Assembly (NCBI RefSeq): GCF_000354175.2
Contig: NC_022359.1
Coordinates: 1,530,001 to 1,562,000 of the forward strand
Length of the DNA: 32,000 bases
DNA from: Vibrio alginolyticus NBRC 15630 = ATCC 17749
GTDB lineage: Bacteria; Pseudomonadota; Gammaproteobacteria; Enterobacterales; Vibrionaceae
Direction: 5' to 3'
The notes under the pieces were generated by a model. The model worked only from the letters and a program-made list of their open reading frames with translations, was not told the origin of the DNA and ran no database searches. Below are positions 1 through 9,205 of the stretch, in pieces; the stretch's first letter is position 1; every line of letters starts with the position of its first letter. The position numbers and the translations under genes are program-made.

Positions 1-118
1 ACAAGCACCAGAAACCGGTTTCGATTATTTGTATGAATCGCTACCTCAAGAGCTTCATGCACAAAGAGATGAACTCATCAACAAGGCAATGAGAATGCAG
101 GGAGGCAGACATGGCTGA
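1..118 (+). CDS. 2-oxo acid dehydrogenase E1 alpha subunit, 3' end only (gene starts outside the window)
   Basis: Frame 2 is open from the window edge and reads QAPETGFDYLYESLPQELHAQRDELINKAMRMQGGRHG*. The TGA stop at 116-118 overlaps the E1 beta ATG (ATGGCTGA). The position fits the usual E1a-E1b-E2 gene order. Confidence 0.6.
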   Translation, partial: QAPETGFDYLYESLPQELHAQRDELINKAMRMQGGRHG

Positions 119-1094
119 GCTAACGTTGGTTGAAGCAGTAAACCTTGCCCTGCACCACGAAATGCAACAAGACCCCAATGTTGTCGTACTAGGTGAAGAC
201 GTGGGCGATAATGGTGGTGTATTTCGTGCCACTGTTGGACTCAAGCAAGAGTTTGGTCTTAAACGAGTCATCGATACGCCACTCGCTGAAGCCTTAATCG
301 GCGGGGTTGCGGTCGGTATGGCAACGCAAGGATTACGACCTGTCGCCGAATTTCAGTTTCAAGGTTTCGTTTTTCCTGCGATGGAGCACTTAATGTGCCA
401 CGCGGCTCGAATGCGTAACAGAACTCGCGGTCGGCTCACTTGTCCCGCGGTTTTTCGTGCGCCATTTGGCGGCGGTATCCACGCTCCGGAACACCACTCA
501 GAAAGCGTGGAAGCGCTATTTGCTCACACTGCTGGATTTAAAGTGGTGATTCCTTCTTCTCCACAACGCGCATACGGCTTACTTCTCGCTGCAATTAGAA
601 GCAATGATCCCGTCATGTTCTTCGAACCGAAGCGCATATATCGCACCGTTAAATCTGAAGTCGTCGATAACGGCGAAGCACTCCCACTCGACACCTGCTT
701 CACCTTACGTAAGGGGCGAGATATCACGCTCGTTACTTGGGGCGCATGCGTCGTAGAGTCACTTCAGGCCGCGCAAACCTTGTCTAGTCAGGGAATTGAA
801 GTCGAGGTGATTGATTTGGCGAGTATTAAGCCAATTGATACCGCGACGATTTTCAGCTCACTAGAAAAAACTGGACGTTTACTCGTTGTTCATGAAGCGA
901 GTAAAACTTGTGGTGTGGGCTCTGAGCTATTAGCTCGAACCGCTGAACATGCCATGTGCTTACTTAAAGCCCCACCTAAACGAGTAACTGGAATGGACAC
1001 CATTATGCCTTATTACCGTAACGAAGATTATTTCATGGTTCAGGAAGAAGACATTGTGACCGCGGCGCGCGAACTCGTGGAGGATTGGAAATGA
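111..1094 (+). CDS. 2-oxo acid (branched-chain keto acid/pyruvate family) dehydrogenase E1 beta subunit
   Basis: 327-aa ORF with ATG preceded by GGGAGG. It shows a typical E1 beta sequence (VVLGEDVGDNGGVFRATVGL..FG..RVIDTPLAE, transketolase-like pyrimidine-binding and C-terminal domains). Its stop overlaps the E2 start (ATGA). Confidence 0.93.
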   Translation: MAELTLVEAVNLALHHEMQQDPNVVVLGEDVGDNGGVFRATVGLKQEFGLKRVIDTPLAEALIGGVAVGMATQGLRPVAEFQFQGFVFPAMEHLMCHAARMRNRTRGRLTCPAVFRAPFGGGIHAPEHHSESVEALFAHTAGFKVVIPSSPQRAYGLLLAAIRSNDPVMFFEPKRIYRTVKSEVVDNGEALPLDTCFTLRKGRDITLVTWGACVVESLQAAQTLSSQGIEVEVIDLASIKPIDTATIFSSLEKTGRLLVVHEASKTCGVGSELLARTAEHAMCLLKAPPKRVTGMDTIMPYYRNEDYFMVQEEDIVTAARELVEDWK

Positions 1095-2239
1095 AGACGT
1101 TTAATTTACCCGATCTCGGTGAAGGTCTCGCTGAGTCAGAAATTGTCAAATGGCACGTTAATGTCGGAGACATGGTTAAATTAGATCAAGTGATCTTAAC
1201 CGTAGAGACAGCAAAAGCGACGGTAGACGTCCCTGCCCCCTATTCGGGCCGTGTGGTCAGCCGTCATGGTGAGGAAGGTGAAATCGTCAATATTGGTGCA
1301 TTACTGCTAGAGATTGATGAAACAGGTGCCGGGAGAGAAGTAACGGCAGAGAAAAAAGCCACTGCTGACGCCGCAACCGTCGTCGGTAGCGTTTCTCACC
1401 AAGCGCATCATGTTAACGTTGATGATTTCTGGATTGGTGGCAACCACAACACGACAGAAAGTAACCTCGTTACCGCCCTGCCTTCGGCTCGCTTGTTGGC
1501 ACAAAAACTTGGGGTAGATCTTAACCTCGTGTCAGGTAGTGGCCCGAACGGACTTATCGTAGATGCCGATATTTACGACGAAGCCGGAAAACAGCGTCCA
1601 GGCACCGAAGTTTTGAAAGGCGCTCGACGTACCATGGTATCGTCTATGACCGAGTCGCACGAACATGTTGCCGCCGTAACCATTACGGAAGAAGCGTTGT
1701 TGGAAGATTGGCTGCCAAACGAAGATATCAGTATCCGCCTTGTTCAAGCGATTGTTCATGCGTGTCAAGAAGAGCCTGCTTTAAACGCTTGGTTTGATGC
1801 CGAAACCATGACACGCTGTGTACACACAACGGTCAATGTAGGAATTGCAGTAGATAGCCGTCATGGATTGTACGTACCAGTTTTGCGCCACGCAGATGAA
1901 TACGAGCCACAAGATGTCCGTCGTTGGCTCGATCAAACCGTTGAAGGGATCAGAGAGAGAAAAATCGGTCGTGAGCAATTGCAGCACGCGACGATTACGC
2001 TTTCCAACTTCGGCGCGATTGCCGGTATTTACGCAACACCTGTCGTCACACCGCCACAAGTCGCTATTGTAGGCGCGGGCCGAATACTCGACCGAGTTGT
2101 GATAAGAAATGGTCAGGCAATTTCGGTGAAAGCAATGCCGCTATCCGTAACGTTTGATCATCGCGCTTGTACTGGTGGTGAAGCTGCAAGGTTTACGAAA
2201 GTACTTGCAGAGCACCTGCAACGTCCGAGCGAAAAGTAA
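1091..2239 (+). CDS. dihydrolipoamide acyltransferase E2 component (branched-chain type)
   Basis: The ORF track starts at TTG 1085. ATG 1091 is preferred because GGAGGA lies 6 nt upstream and it forms an ATGA overlap with the E1 beta stop. Lipoyl domain (VETAKATVDVPAPYSGRV), subunit-binding domain (PSARLLAQKLGVDLNLVSGSGPNG) and catalytic motif DHRACTGGEAARF are present. Confidence 0.92.
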   Translation: MKTFNLPDLGEGLAESEIVKWHVNVGDMVKLDQVILTVETAKATVDVPAPYSGRVVSRHGEEGEIVNIGALLLEIDETGAGREVTAEKKATADAATVVGSVSHQAHHVNVDDFWIGGNHNTTESNLVTALPSARLLAQKLGVDLNLVSGSGPNGLIVDADIYDEAGKQRPGTEVLKGARRTMVSSMTESHEHVAAVTITEEALLEDWLPNEDISIRLVQAIVHACQEEPALNAWFDAETMTRCVHTTVNVGIAVDSRHGLYVPVLRHADEYEPQDVRRWLDQTVEGIRERKIGREQLQHATITLSNFGAIAGIYATPVVTPPQVAIVGAGRILDRVVIRNGQAISVKAMPLSVTFDHRACTGGEAARFTKVLAEHLQRPSEK

Positions 2240-2260
2240 CTTATAAAAATCACATGATAA

Positions 2261-2289
2261 AGGCTTCCAGTCCGGAAGCCTTTTGTTTT
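2261..2289. terminator. intrinsic terminator between convergent E2 and etfA genes
   Basis: AGGCTTCC (2261-2268) pairs with GGAAGCCT (2274-2281), followed by TTTGTTTT on the + strand. The reverse strand has the same stem followed by a weaker T-containing tail. Confidence 0.7.
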
Positions 2290-2306
2290 AGGAAGCAAGA
2301 CTATAT

Positions 2307-3272
2307 CTACAGCTTCTCTAACAGCTCAGGCATTACCACAAACAAATCGTCGACCAATCCATAATCTGCAATGTCAAAAATAGGCGCATCAGGATCGCTA
2401 TTAATTGCAACAATCACCTTGGAATCTTTCATTCCCGCCAAATGCTGGATCGCGCCAGAAATTCCGACGGCAATGTATAACTCCGGTGCAACAATTTTGC
2501 CGGTTTGCCCGACTTGATGGTCATTAGACACATAGCCCGCATCGACCGCCGCTCGTGACGCCCCTACCGCTCCACCTAGCTTGTCAGCCAATTGTTCTAC
2601 TAAAACAAACTTCTCTTTACTCCCGAATGCACGACCACCCGACACTACTACTCTAGCCGCTGGCAATTCTGGTCGTTCACTTTCTGGCGTTTGTTGCGAA
2701 ACAAACTCACTAAGTTTATTGATAATCACCGTGTCGACTTGAGTAAGCTTAGGGACAACTGGTGTGTCAGATAGCTCTGCGGCATCAAAAGCCGTACTTC
2801 TTATGGTCATCACTTTATAGGGATCATTCGACGTGACTCTCGCCAATGCATTTCCAGCATAAATTGGACGAATCACCGTATCGATAGACTCGATTGTCAT
2901 CACGTCAGAAAGTTGACCAACATTAAGCAACGCCGCCACACGAGGCATCACATTCTTACCAAATGTACTGGCAGGAGAAAGAATGTGTGAGTAGTTTTTG
3001 GCTACTTGTGAGATCAAAGGTGCGATATTTTCCGCTAATCCATGTTCATATCCCTTCGCATCAACCCAGATAATTTCTGCAACACCCTGAACGCAATTCA
3101 ACTCATCCAAAACTGATTGGCACTGATAACCAATAAGCAACACAGAAACAGGAAGAGATTTATCATCATCCTTAATCTCAAATGCCGCTTTAATTGCACA
3201 CAGCGTCCCTACAGCCAACGATTGGTTGTCATGCTCTGCGAGCACAAGTGTTGCTAATGGTCGGTCTTCCAT
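2307..3272 (-). CDS. etfA: electron transfer flavoprotein alpha subunit
   Basis: Typical EtfA sequence including the C-terminal FAD-binding signature ([36 protein letters not shown]). The ORF track starts at 3278, but ATG 3272 has GAGG 7 nt upstream. Confidence 0.92.
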   Translation of the reverse strand: MEDRPLATLVLAEHDNQSLAVGTLCAIKAAFEIKDDDKSLPVSVLLIGYQCQSVLDELNCVQGVAEIIWVDAKGYEHGLAENIAPLISQVAKNYSHILSPASTFGKNVMPRVAALLNVGQLSDVMTIESIDTVIRPIYAGNALARVTSNDPYKVMTIRSTAFDAAELSDTPVVPKLTQVDTVIINKLSEFVSQQTPESERPELPAARVVVSGGRAFGSKEKFVLVEQLADKLGGAVGASRAAVDAGYVSNDHQVGQTGKIVAPELYIAVGISGAIQHLAGMKDSKVIVAINSDPDAPIFDIADYGLVDDLFVVMPELLEKL

Positions 3273-3409
3273 GGTCATGCCTCATATAACACGTCAGATC
3301 CATTACTTGAGCTTAGTCCACTTCACGTTAACGTCAACTGAGCTATAGTTTTCTGTATAGAAACCAAAACCTGTCACGCAGATGACGATAATAGAAAGGA
3401 AGCATAAAG

Positions 3410-5071
3410 ATGGAACGAGAATGCATGGAGTTTGATGTCGTGATCGTGGGGGCCGGACCTGCAGGCTTAAGCGCCGCTTGTCGGCTAGCTCAACTCAGCC
3501 AAGACAGTGAAGGTGACGCACTTTCAATTTGCGTTGTAGAAAAAGGCTCAGAAGTGGGCGCACATATTTTATCTGGCGCTGTTTTTGAAACTAGTGCCTT
3601 AGATGAGCTTTTCCCCAATTGGAAAGAAATGGAGGCCCCGCTAGCAGCCTCGGTTCAACGAGATAATTTCCTTTATCTTACTACTGAACAAAACCATATT
3701 CGCGTTCCCCACTTCCTTACACCGCGTCCAATGATAAATGGCGAGAATAATTACGTAATTAGCCTTGCCAACCTTTGCCGTTGGCTCGCTAACCAAGCAG
3801 AAAATCTTGGGGTGGAAGTTTTTCCGGGCTTTGCCGCTGCAAGCATCAATTATGATCAGACTGGCGCCGTGACAGGCATTAACACGAGCGATATGGGACT
3901 AGATAAGAACGGCCAGGCCAAACCTAACTTTGAACCAGGTATCGAGCTAAGGGCAAAATACACCCTTTTTGCTGAAGGTTGTCGCGGACATCTGGGTAAA
4001 GAACTTATTCAAAGGTTCGACCTAGACGCAGGAAAGCAACCACAGCACTACGCGCTTGGCCTAAAAGAGATATGGGAGTTACCCACTGACAGTAAGGATG
4101 TATCTGGCAGTGTTATCCACTCCGCTGGCTGGCCCTTGAGTGAAACAAATACTACAGGCGGCGGTTTTCTCTATCACATGGAGAACAACCAAATCGCCGT
4201 CGGGCTTATTGTCGACTTGAATTACAGCAATCCTTACTTGAGTCCGTTTGACGAATTTCAACGCTTTAAGCACCATCCTGCTATTGAACCACATTTGAAA
4301 GGTGCTCAGCGCATCGCTTACGGCGCAAGAGCCATTGCGAAAGGTGGGCTTTCCTCTCTGCCGAGACAGCAATTCCCTGGCGGTTTATTGATTGGTTGTG
4401 ATGCGGGGACTTTGAACGTCGCAAAAATTAAAGGCAGCCACACAGCAATGAAGTCCGGAATCATTGCAGCAGAAGCGGTACATACGGCCCGACAAACTGG
4501 AGCTTCTGAGCCAGACTACCAGTCGTTGTTTGAATCATCATGGTTGTATGACGAACTCGCCGAAACGCGTAACTTTGGCGCGAACATTCATAAGTTTGGC
4601 AGCATACTTGGCGGTGCTCTTTCGACTTTTGAACACAACCTGTGGCAACCACTGGTTAAGAAGCCGTTACCTTGGTCTATCAAGGACTATTCGCACGATC
4701 ATGAGCAGTTAAAGCCTAAACAAGAGTGCCACCCAATTGCATACCCAAAACCAGATGGTGAAATCAGTTTTGATAAGCCTTCGTCGGTATTTTTGTCGGG
4801 AACACAGCACGAAGAGAATCAACCTTGTCACCTGGTTCTGACTTACCCTCACATTCCAATTGATGTGAATTTAGGTATGTATGACGAACCAAGTCAGCGC
4901 TATTGCCCCGCTGGGGTTTACGAAGTGGTGGAAGTGAACAATAAGTTGAAGTTTCAGATAAATGCCGCCAACTGTGTGCATTGCAAAACCTGTGACATCA
5001 AAGATCCTTCGCAAAACATCACGTGGAAAGCACCAGAAGGTGGCGGCGGACCAAGCTATCAAAACATGTAG
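3410..5071 (+). CDS. electron-transferring-flavoprotein:ubiquinone oxidoreductase (ETF-QO)
   Basis: N-terminal FAD fold (FDVVIVGAGPAGLSAA). C-terminal 4Fe-4S region (YCPAGVYE...NCVHCKTCDIKDP) ending GGGGPSYQNM. AAGGAAG lies upstream of the ATG. Confidence 0.94.
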   Translation: MERECMEFDVVIVGAGPAGLSAACRLAQLSQDSEGDALSICVVEKGSEVGAHILSGAVFETSALDELFPNWKEMEAPLAASVQRDNFLYLTTEQNHIRVPHFLTPRPMINGENNYVISLANLCRWLANQAENLGVEVFPGFAAASINYDQTGAVTGINTSDMGLDKNGQAKPNFEPGIELRAKYTLFAEGCRGHLGKELIQRFDLDAGKQPQHYALGLKEIWELPTDSKDVSGSVIHSAGWPLSETNTTGGGFLYHMENNQIAVGLIVDLNYSNPYLSPFDEFQRFKHHPAIEPHLKGAQRIAYGARAIAKGGLSSLPRQQFPGGLLIGCDAGTLNVAKIKGSHTAMKSGIIAAEAVHTARQTGASEPDYQSLFESSWLYDELAETRNFGANIHKFGSILGGALSTFEHNLWQPLVKKPLPWSIKDYSHDHEQLKPKQECHPIAYPKPDGEISFDKPSSVFLSGTQHEENQPCHLVLTYPHIPIDVNLGMYDEPSQRYCPAGVYEVVEVNNKLKFQINAANCVHCKTCDIKDPSQNITWKAPEGGGGPSYQNM

Positions 5072-5130
5072 ATACGTTAGTATGTTGACGATCTAACAAA
5101 TGGATAAACAAACCGATTGGCAGAGCCTCA

Positions 5131-6015
5131 TTACTCCTGCCAATCGACAAAATGATCAAGCAAGAAGTCGATAGCCAATCGCGCTCGTAGTGGTAGAAAG
5201 TGACGATTCTGATAAACAATCCAGCTGCTGTTGCCGATTCCCCAATACGGCTCTAGTATTGGCACCAAACGACCAGACGAAATAGCATCGTTGAAACTAC
5301 TCTTCGGTAAGTACGCCACACCTAATCCTTCTGCACAGGCTTGCAAGACCGTGTGTGCGTTATTGCTCTTCCATCTGCCCTGCACTTTTACGCCATCTAA
5401 AGGCTTGCCGTCTTTTTCAAACAACCAAACGTCCTTATTGGCAATAATGCAGCTATGACGCTTGAGTTGCTCTGGGTGCGTTGGTAAACCATGTTCATCG
5501 AGATAACGCTGACTGGCTGCCGCTGCCATGGGACGATCCACCAGCTTTCTCGCAACCAAGCCTGAATCACTCAACCTGCCGTAACGAATGGCAAAATCGA
5601 AACCATCTTCAATAAAGTTGACCATGCTGGTGTTGAAGTTAATTTCAACCGTGAGATTAGGATGTTGCTTGGCAAACGCCATCAAGGCAGGCGCTACATG
5701 GTTCTCAGAAAACGCACCAGCGGCACTCACGCGTAACGTACCACTCAACTGAGTTTGCTGCGTGGTGAGCTGTTCATTGGCTTGCTGAAGCCCAATCACC
5801 AATTCTTTACACTGCTGATAATACGCTTGCCCCGCTTCCGTTAGACTCACCATTCTTGTCGAACGGGCTAACAAAGCGACACCTAATCGCTCTTCTAATC
5901 TTGTGACTTGGCGACTGACATGACTGGTACTGCAACCTAACTGTTTTGCCGCTGCAGAAAACCCTAAGCTCTCAGCAACCGTAACAAACTCATTGATGCC
6001 TTCAAAACTGTCCAT
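5131..6015 (-). CDS. LysR-family transcriptional regulator
   Basis: wHTH motif FSAAAKQLGCSTSHVSRQVTRLEERLG followed by a LysR substrate-binding domain. The ORF track starts at 6051. ATG 6015 (MDSFEGINEF) has AAGGTAAG upstream and matches the usual LysR N-terminus. Confidence 0.9.
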   Translation of the reverse strand: MDSFEGINEFVTVAESLGFSAAAKQLGCSTSHVSRQVTRLEERLGVALLARSTRMVSLTEAGQAYYQQCKELVIGLQQANEQLTTQQTQLSGTLRVSAAGAFSENHVAPALMAFAKQHPNLTVEINFNTSMVNFIEDGFDFAIRYGRLSDSGLVARKLVDRPMAAAASQRYLDEHGLPTHPEQLKRHSCIIANKDVWLFEKDGKPLDGVKVQGRWKSNNAHTVLQACAEGLGVAYLPKSSFNDAISSGRLVPILEPYWGIGNSSWIVYQNRHFLPLRARLAIDFLLDHFVDWQE

Positions 6016-6132
6016 ACTTACCTTTGCTATATAGCAATAATGTTTTGCCAATTAATCGTATTATCACTTATTTATTTAGCAATTAGTATGAAGGTGTTCA
6101 ACAAATACACGTAAGCCAAAAAGGAAACCATC

Positions 6133-6804
6133 ATGAAGAAAGTACTCATCATTGTGACGAACCATGCGACTCTTGGTGAAACTGACCAAGCAAACGGAAC
6201 TTACGCGCCAGAGCTCACTCATGCCCTTAGCGAGCTACTAGGTGCAGGCTTCGATTACGACATTGCCTCTATCAAAGGTGGACAAGCACCACTGTACGGA
6301 ACCGACATCGAAGGCGACGCAGTCAACGAGAAAATTTTGGCGGATGATGATTTCCAGAACCGCATCAACAACACGATTCCAGTATCACAAATCAACGGTG
6401 ACAACTATGATGCGATCTTCTATCCGGGTGGCTTTGGTCTTCTTTCAGACCTAGCGAGCAACGAAGATTTTGCCAAGATTTCCGCAAAACACTATGAAGA
6501 TGGCGGTATTGTGGCAGCAGTTTGTCATGGTCCGGGCGCTCTTCTTCCTATCACGCTTAGCAATGGCGAGAAGCTACTTGCGTCTAAATCAGTGACAGGT
6601 TTCACTCGCGAAGAAGAGATCGACTTCGGCACTATCAACGACATCCCATTCCTGTTGGAAGAGTCTCTTGCTCGTGGCGCAGCGCGATACTCTAAAGTGC
6701 AACCATGGCAAGAGCTTGTGATTGTGGACGACCGAGTCATCACAGGTCAAAACCCAACGAGCGCACACGGCGTAGGCAGAGCGATTGTTGAACACCTAGC
6801 TTAA
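6133..6804 (+). CDS. DJ-1/PfpI family (class I glutamine amidotransferase-like) protein
   Basis: 223 aa with nucleophile-elbow motif AAVCHGPGALL and C-terminal VITGQNPTS. AAGGAAA lies upstream of the ATG. The gene is divergent from a LysR gene. Confidence 0.85.
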   Translation: MKKVLIIVTNHATLGETDQANGTYAPELTHALSELLGAGFDYDIASIKGGQAPLYGTDIEGDAVNEKILADDDFQNRINNTIPVSQINGDNYDAIFYPGGFGLLSDLASNEDFAKISAKHYEDGGIVAAVCHGPGALLPITLSNGEKLLASKSVTGFTREEEIDFGTINDIPFLLEESLARGAARYSKVQPWQELVIVDDRVITGQNPTSAHGVGRAIVEHLA

Positions 6805-6835
6805 ACGCGCCGGAAACTACAACCATCCTAGAAGA

Positions 6836-6861
6836 GGAAAGCGTGCTTTGTCATGCTTTCC
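6836..6861. terminator. candidate hairpin terminator between convergent DJ-1/PfpI and GST genes
   Basis: GGAAAGC (6836-6842) pairs with GCTTTCC (6855-6861) around a 12-nt loop. The flanking T-tract is weak. Confidence 0.35.
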
Positions 6862-6888
6862 CTTGCTACAGGCGATCGCAAGATGCGC

Positions 6889-7536
6889 TTATACTTCTTC
6901 CCCTGCCTCGTCCTCTTTTACGATATCTGTTTCTTGGTTCGCCTCTTCCAACCATTGCTGTAAAGATTCACTTGCTAGCACCTTCTGTTGGTAAGCTTTG
7001 GCACCTTCGGATAACTCGATACCGTAAGTTTGGAAACGCAATGCCACAGGTGCATACATAGCATCCGCTATCGACCATTCTCCAAATAGCCAACCGTTTG
7101 GATGCAGTTCTGCTTGCCCTGCCCAAATGGCGTCAATACGAGCAATATCTTTAAGCGCACCCTTCGTTAAGTCGACTTTTCTGTGTGCGCGGATGTTCAT
7201 TGGGAGTTCGTTTCTTAAATCAAAGAAACCCGAATGCATTTCTGATGCAATGGCGCGTGCTTTAGCTCGTTCTGCGGAGTTGCTTGGCCAAGCTTTACCT
7301 TGTAAGTATTGCTCGTTAACGTATTCCAAAATCGCTAATGAATCCCACACGGTTGCGTCACCATCCACCAAGGTAGGTACTTTCGCGGTTGGTGTAATAC
7401 CTTCCAAGGTCTTATAAAAGTCTTCTGTGAATAATTTGAGCTTGGTGACTTCGACATCTAGTTTGAATTGAGAAAAGATCAGCCATGCGCGAAGTGACCA
7501 GCTTGAGTAGTTTTGATTAGCAATAAACAGTTTCAT
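6889..7536 (-). CDS. glutathione S-transferase family protein
   Basis: GST N-terminal thioredoxin-like fold (MKLFIANQNYSSWSLRAW.., KVPTLVDGDATVWDSLAILEYV) and a helical C-terminal domain. The ORF track starts at 7575. ATG 7536 has GGAGG 5 nt upstream. Confidence 0.9.
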   Translation of the reverse strand: MKLFIANQNYSSWSLRAWLIFSQFKLDVEVTKLKLFTEDFYKTLEGITPTAKVPTLVDGDATVWDSLAILEYVNEQYLQGKAWPSNSAERAKARAIASEMHSGFFDLRNELPMNIRAHRKVDLTKGALKDIARIDAIWAGQAELHPNGWLFGEWSIADAMYAPVALRFQTYGIELSEGAKAYQQKVLASESLQQWLEEANQETDIVKEDEAGEEV

Positions 7537-7573
7537 GACGCCTCCATGCGGTTTGTGTTTTGAGTACCCATTC

Positions 7574-7588
7574 ACAATATCTGATTGT
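7574..7588. promoter_or_regulatory. dyad ACAAT-N5-ATTGT, candidate LysR-type operator in the GST/LysR divergent region
   Basis: Perfect 5+5 inverted repeat 38 nt upstream of the GST start and 67 nt upstream of the LysR start. Based on position and symmetry only. Confidence 0.3.
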
Positions 7589-7654
7589 ATTTAAGGGGAC
7601 TAACGGATAGTTTTGATGGAACACTTCAACAAAAACGATGGATGAGTTTTAGAT

Positions 7655-8485
7655 ATGGATATCGATGCGTTACGCAGCTTTCTGGCTTTTGCCGAAACGG
7701 GAAGTTTCACTCGTGCAGCCAAGCAGATCAATCGCACCCAATCCGCGTTCAGTGCGCAAATGCGTAAGCTAGAAGACGAACTCAGCGTCAGTTTGTTTGA
7801 AAAAGAAGGTCGCAATCTTGTCTTAAGTGAAGCGGGATTAGCACTACGCTCTCACGCAGAGCAATTGGTTAGCTTGCACAATCAAGCACTGAAACAAGTG
7901 AAACGTTATGAAAATAAGCGTCCTCTTCGCTTAGGTTGCCCAGAAGATTACAACGACAATATCTTGCCTAAAGTCATCCGCGTATTACAGCAATCTGAGC
8001 CCACATGTTCGATTCAGGTCTTTAGTGAGCCGAGCATCACCTTGAGAGAAAAACTTGATGAAGGAAAGCTAGACGCCGCTATTGTGACAAGAGCACCGGA
8101 CAGTGAGGAAGGTTACTGGCTAGCAAGCGACAAAGGCGTGTGGATTGCTCATCCTGATTTTGACATTGAGAGCGCCCAACCTCTCCCTCTCGCCCTATTC
8201 CAAACCGACTGTAAATACCATGCGGCAGCAGTAGACGGATTAACCAAACGTGGCACTCCTTATCAACTACTGGCATGTTGCAATACGGCTTCTGCACAAC
8301 GAGCAATTGTACGTTCAGGCATGGCTATCGGTGCGATGGGGAGTATTAGCGTTAGCGATGATCTCGAGATCTTAGACGATATGCCATCACTGCCTTCCGT
8401 GGATATAGTGCTGGTCACGGGTGTTGAGCCTCATCCAATACTGGACAAAGAATGCTTGGCGCAATTGGTTGAGTTAGTAGCTTAA
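7655..8485 (+). CDS. LysR-family transcriptional regulator
   Basis: wHTH motif FTRAAKQINRTQSAFSAQMRKLEDEL followed by a LysR effector domain. Divergent from the GST gene. Confidence 0.9.
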   Translation: MDIDALRSFLAFAETGSFTRAAKQINRTQSAFSAQMRKLEDELSVSLFEKEGRNLVLSEAGLALRSHAEQLVSLHNQALKQVKRYENKRPLRLGCPEDYNDNILPKVIRVLQQSEPTCSIQVFSEPSITLREKLDEGKLDAAIVTRAPDSEEGYWLASDKGVWIAHPDFDIESAQPLPLALFQTDCKYHAAAVDGLTKRGTPYQLLACCNTASAQRAIVRSGMAIGAMGSISVSDDLEILDDMPSLPSVDIVLVTGVEPHPILDKECLAQLVELVA

Positions 8486-8494
8486 CCGGATTCG

Positions 8495-9067
8495 CTAGCC
8501 AATCACAAAGTTAAATTCTCCCGTTAACCGCCCGTCGATTCGCATGGTTTCAAACTGCAGATAATCACGGGCTTTGCCACCCCACCATTCATCACCAGTA
8601 TTGCCTTTTAAGTACAACTGAGTGGTCAGAAGCTCTTGGTTATCCCGCCACAACTTAACGTGAATGTGCGGCGGACGAGAAGCATAAGGCACAGGATACA
8701 AAGTCTGGAACAAGTAACGACCATCCGATTGAGTTTCGACTGCGCCAAAGCCTGCAAAGTGAGCATCAAACTTATCATTATTTGGCTGGTTAGGATGATC
8801 GTAAATCCCCTGCCCATCACATTGCCAGATTTCTACTTTGATGCCTGAAACTGGGTTTCCTGTTGTATCTACAACTTTGCCTTGCAGCACAATAGGTTCA
8901 CCAAGCAAGCCCTCCGATTGCAGAATCAAGTTTTGACGAAGAGGAATGTCCACCACTGGATAAAATGGCCCTTCTGTTTGTGCTGGCGTTGGCCGCATTG
9001 GTGCTTTCGCTTTTAAAGAGGGTGCGAGCAACAATGTCCACAGCGCTAAAAAGTGTCTTCTTTCCAT
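8495..9067 (-). CDS. intradiol ring-cleavage dioxygenase-like protein with twin-arginine signal peptide
   Basis: The ORF track starts at 9172. ATG 9067 gives MERRHFLALWTLLLAPSLKAKA, a Tat-type RRxFL motif followed by a hydrophobic core. TEGPFYP and RPPHIHVK motifs typical of the intradiol dioxygenase fold are present. Confidence 0.8.
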   Translation of the reverse strand: MERRHFLALWTLLLAPSLKAKAPMRPTPAQTEGPFYPVVDIPLRQNLILQSEGLLGEPIVLQGKVVDTTGNPVSGIKVEIWQCDGQGIYDHPNQPNNDKFDAHFAGFGAVETQSDGRYLFQTLYPVPYASRPPHIHVKLWRDNQELLTTQLYLKGNTGDEWWGGKARDYLQFETMRIDGRLTGEFNFVIG

Positions 9068-9132
9068 GATGCCACCAATGCAATTGCGTTGAATTAAGTT
9101 TGGTGGAACTTGAGGAATTTGCCATGACGAAT

Positions 9133-9171
9133 ATAAAAAATGCCCCTGCAAGAGAGTCATTCGCAGAGGCA
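9133..9171 (-). terminator. intrinsic terminator of the art operon
   Basis: On the minus strand, TGCCTCTGC pairs with GCAGGGGCA (one G-U pair) and is followed by TTTTTTATATT. It lies 35 nt downstream of the artM stop. Confidence 0.7.
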
Positions 9172-9205
9172 CTGTGGAACTAAATGATGAGTGTTGATTT
9201 AAAGT

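Noticed and set aside
5114-5146. 10-bp perfect hairpin (CGATTGGCAG pairing with CTGCCAATCG) after the ETF-QO gene, considered as a terminator.
   Set aside because: The right arm lies inside the 3' end and stop codon of the convergent LysR gene. No T-tract follows on either strand. It may still slow transcription but cannot be called a terminator.
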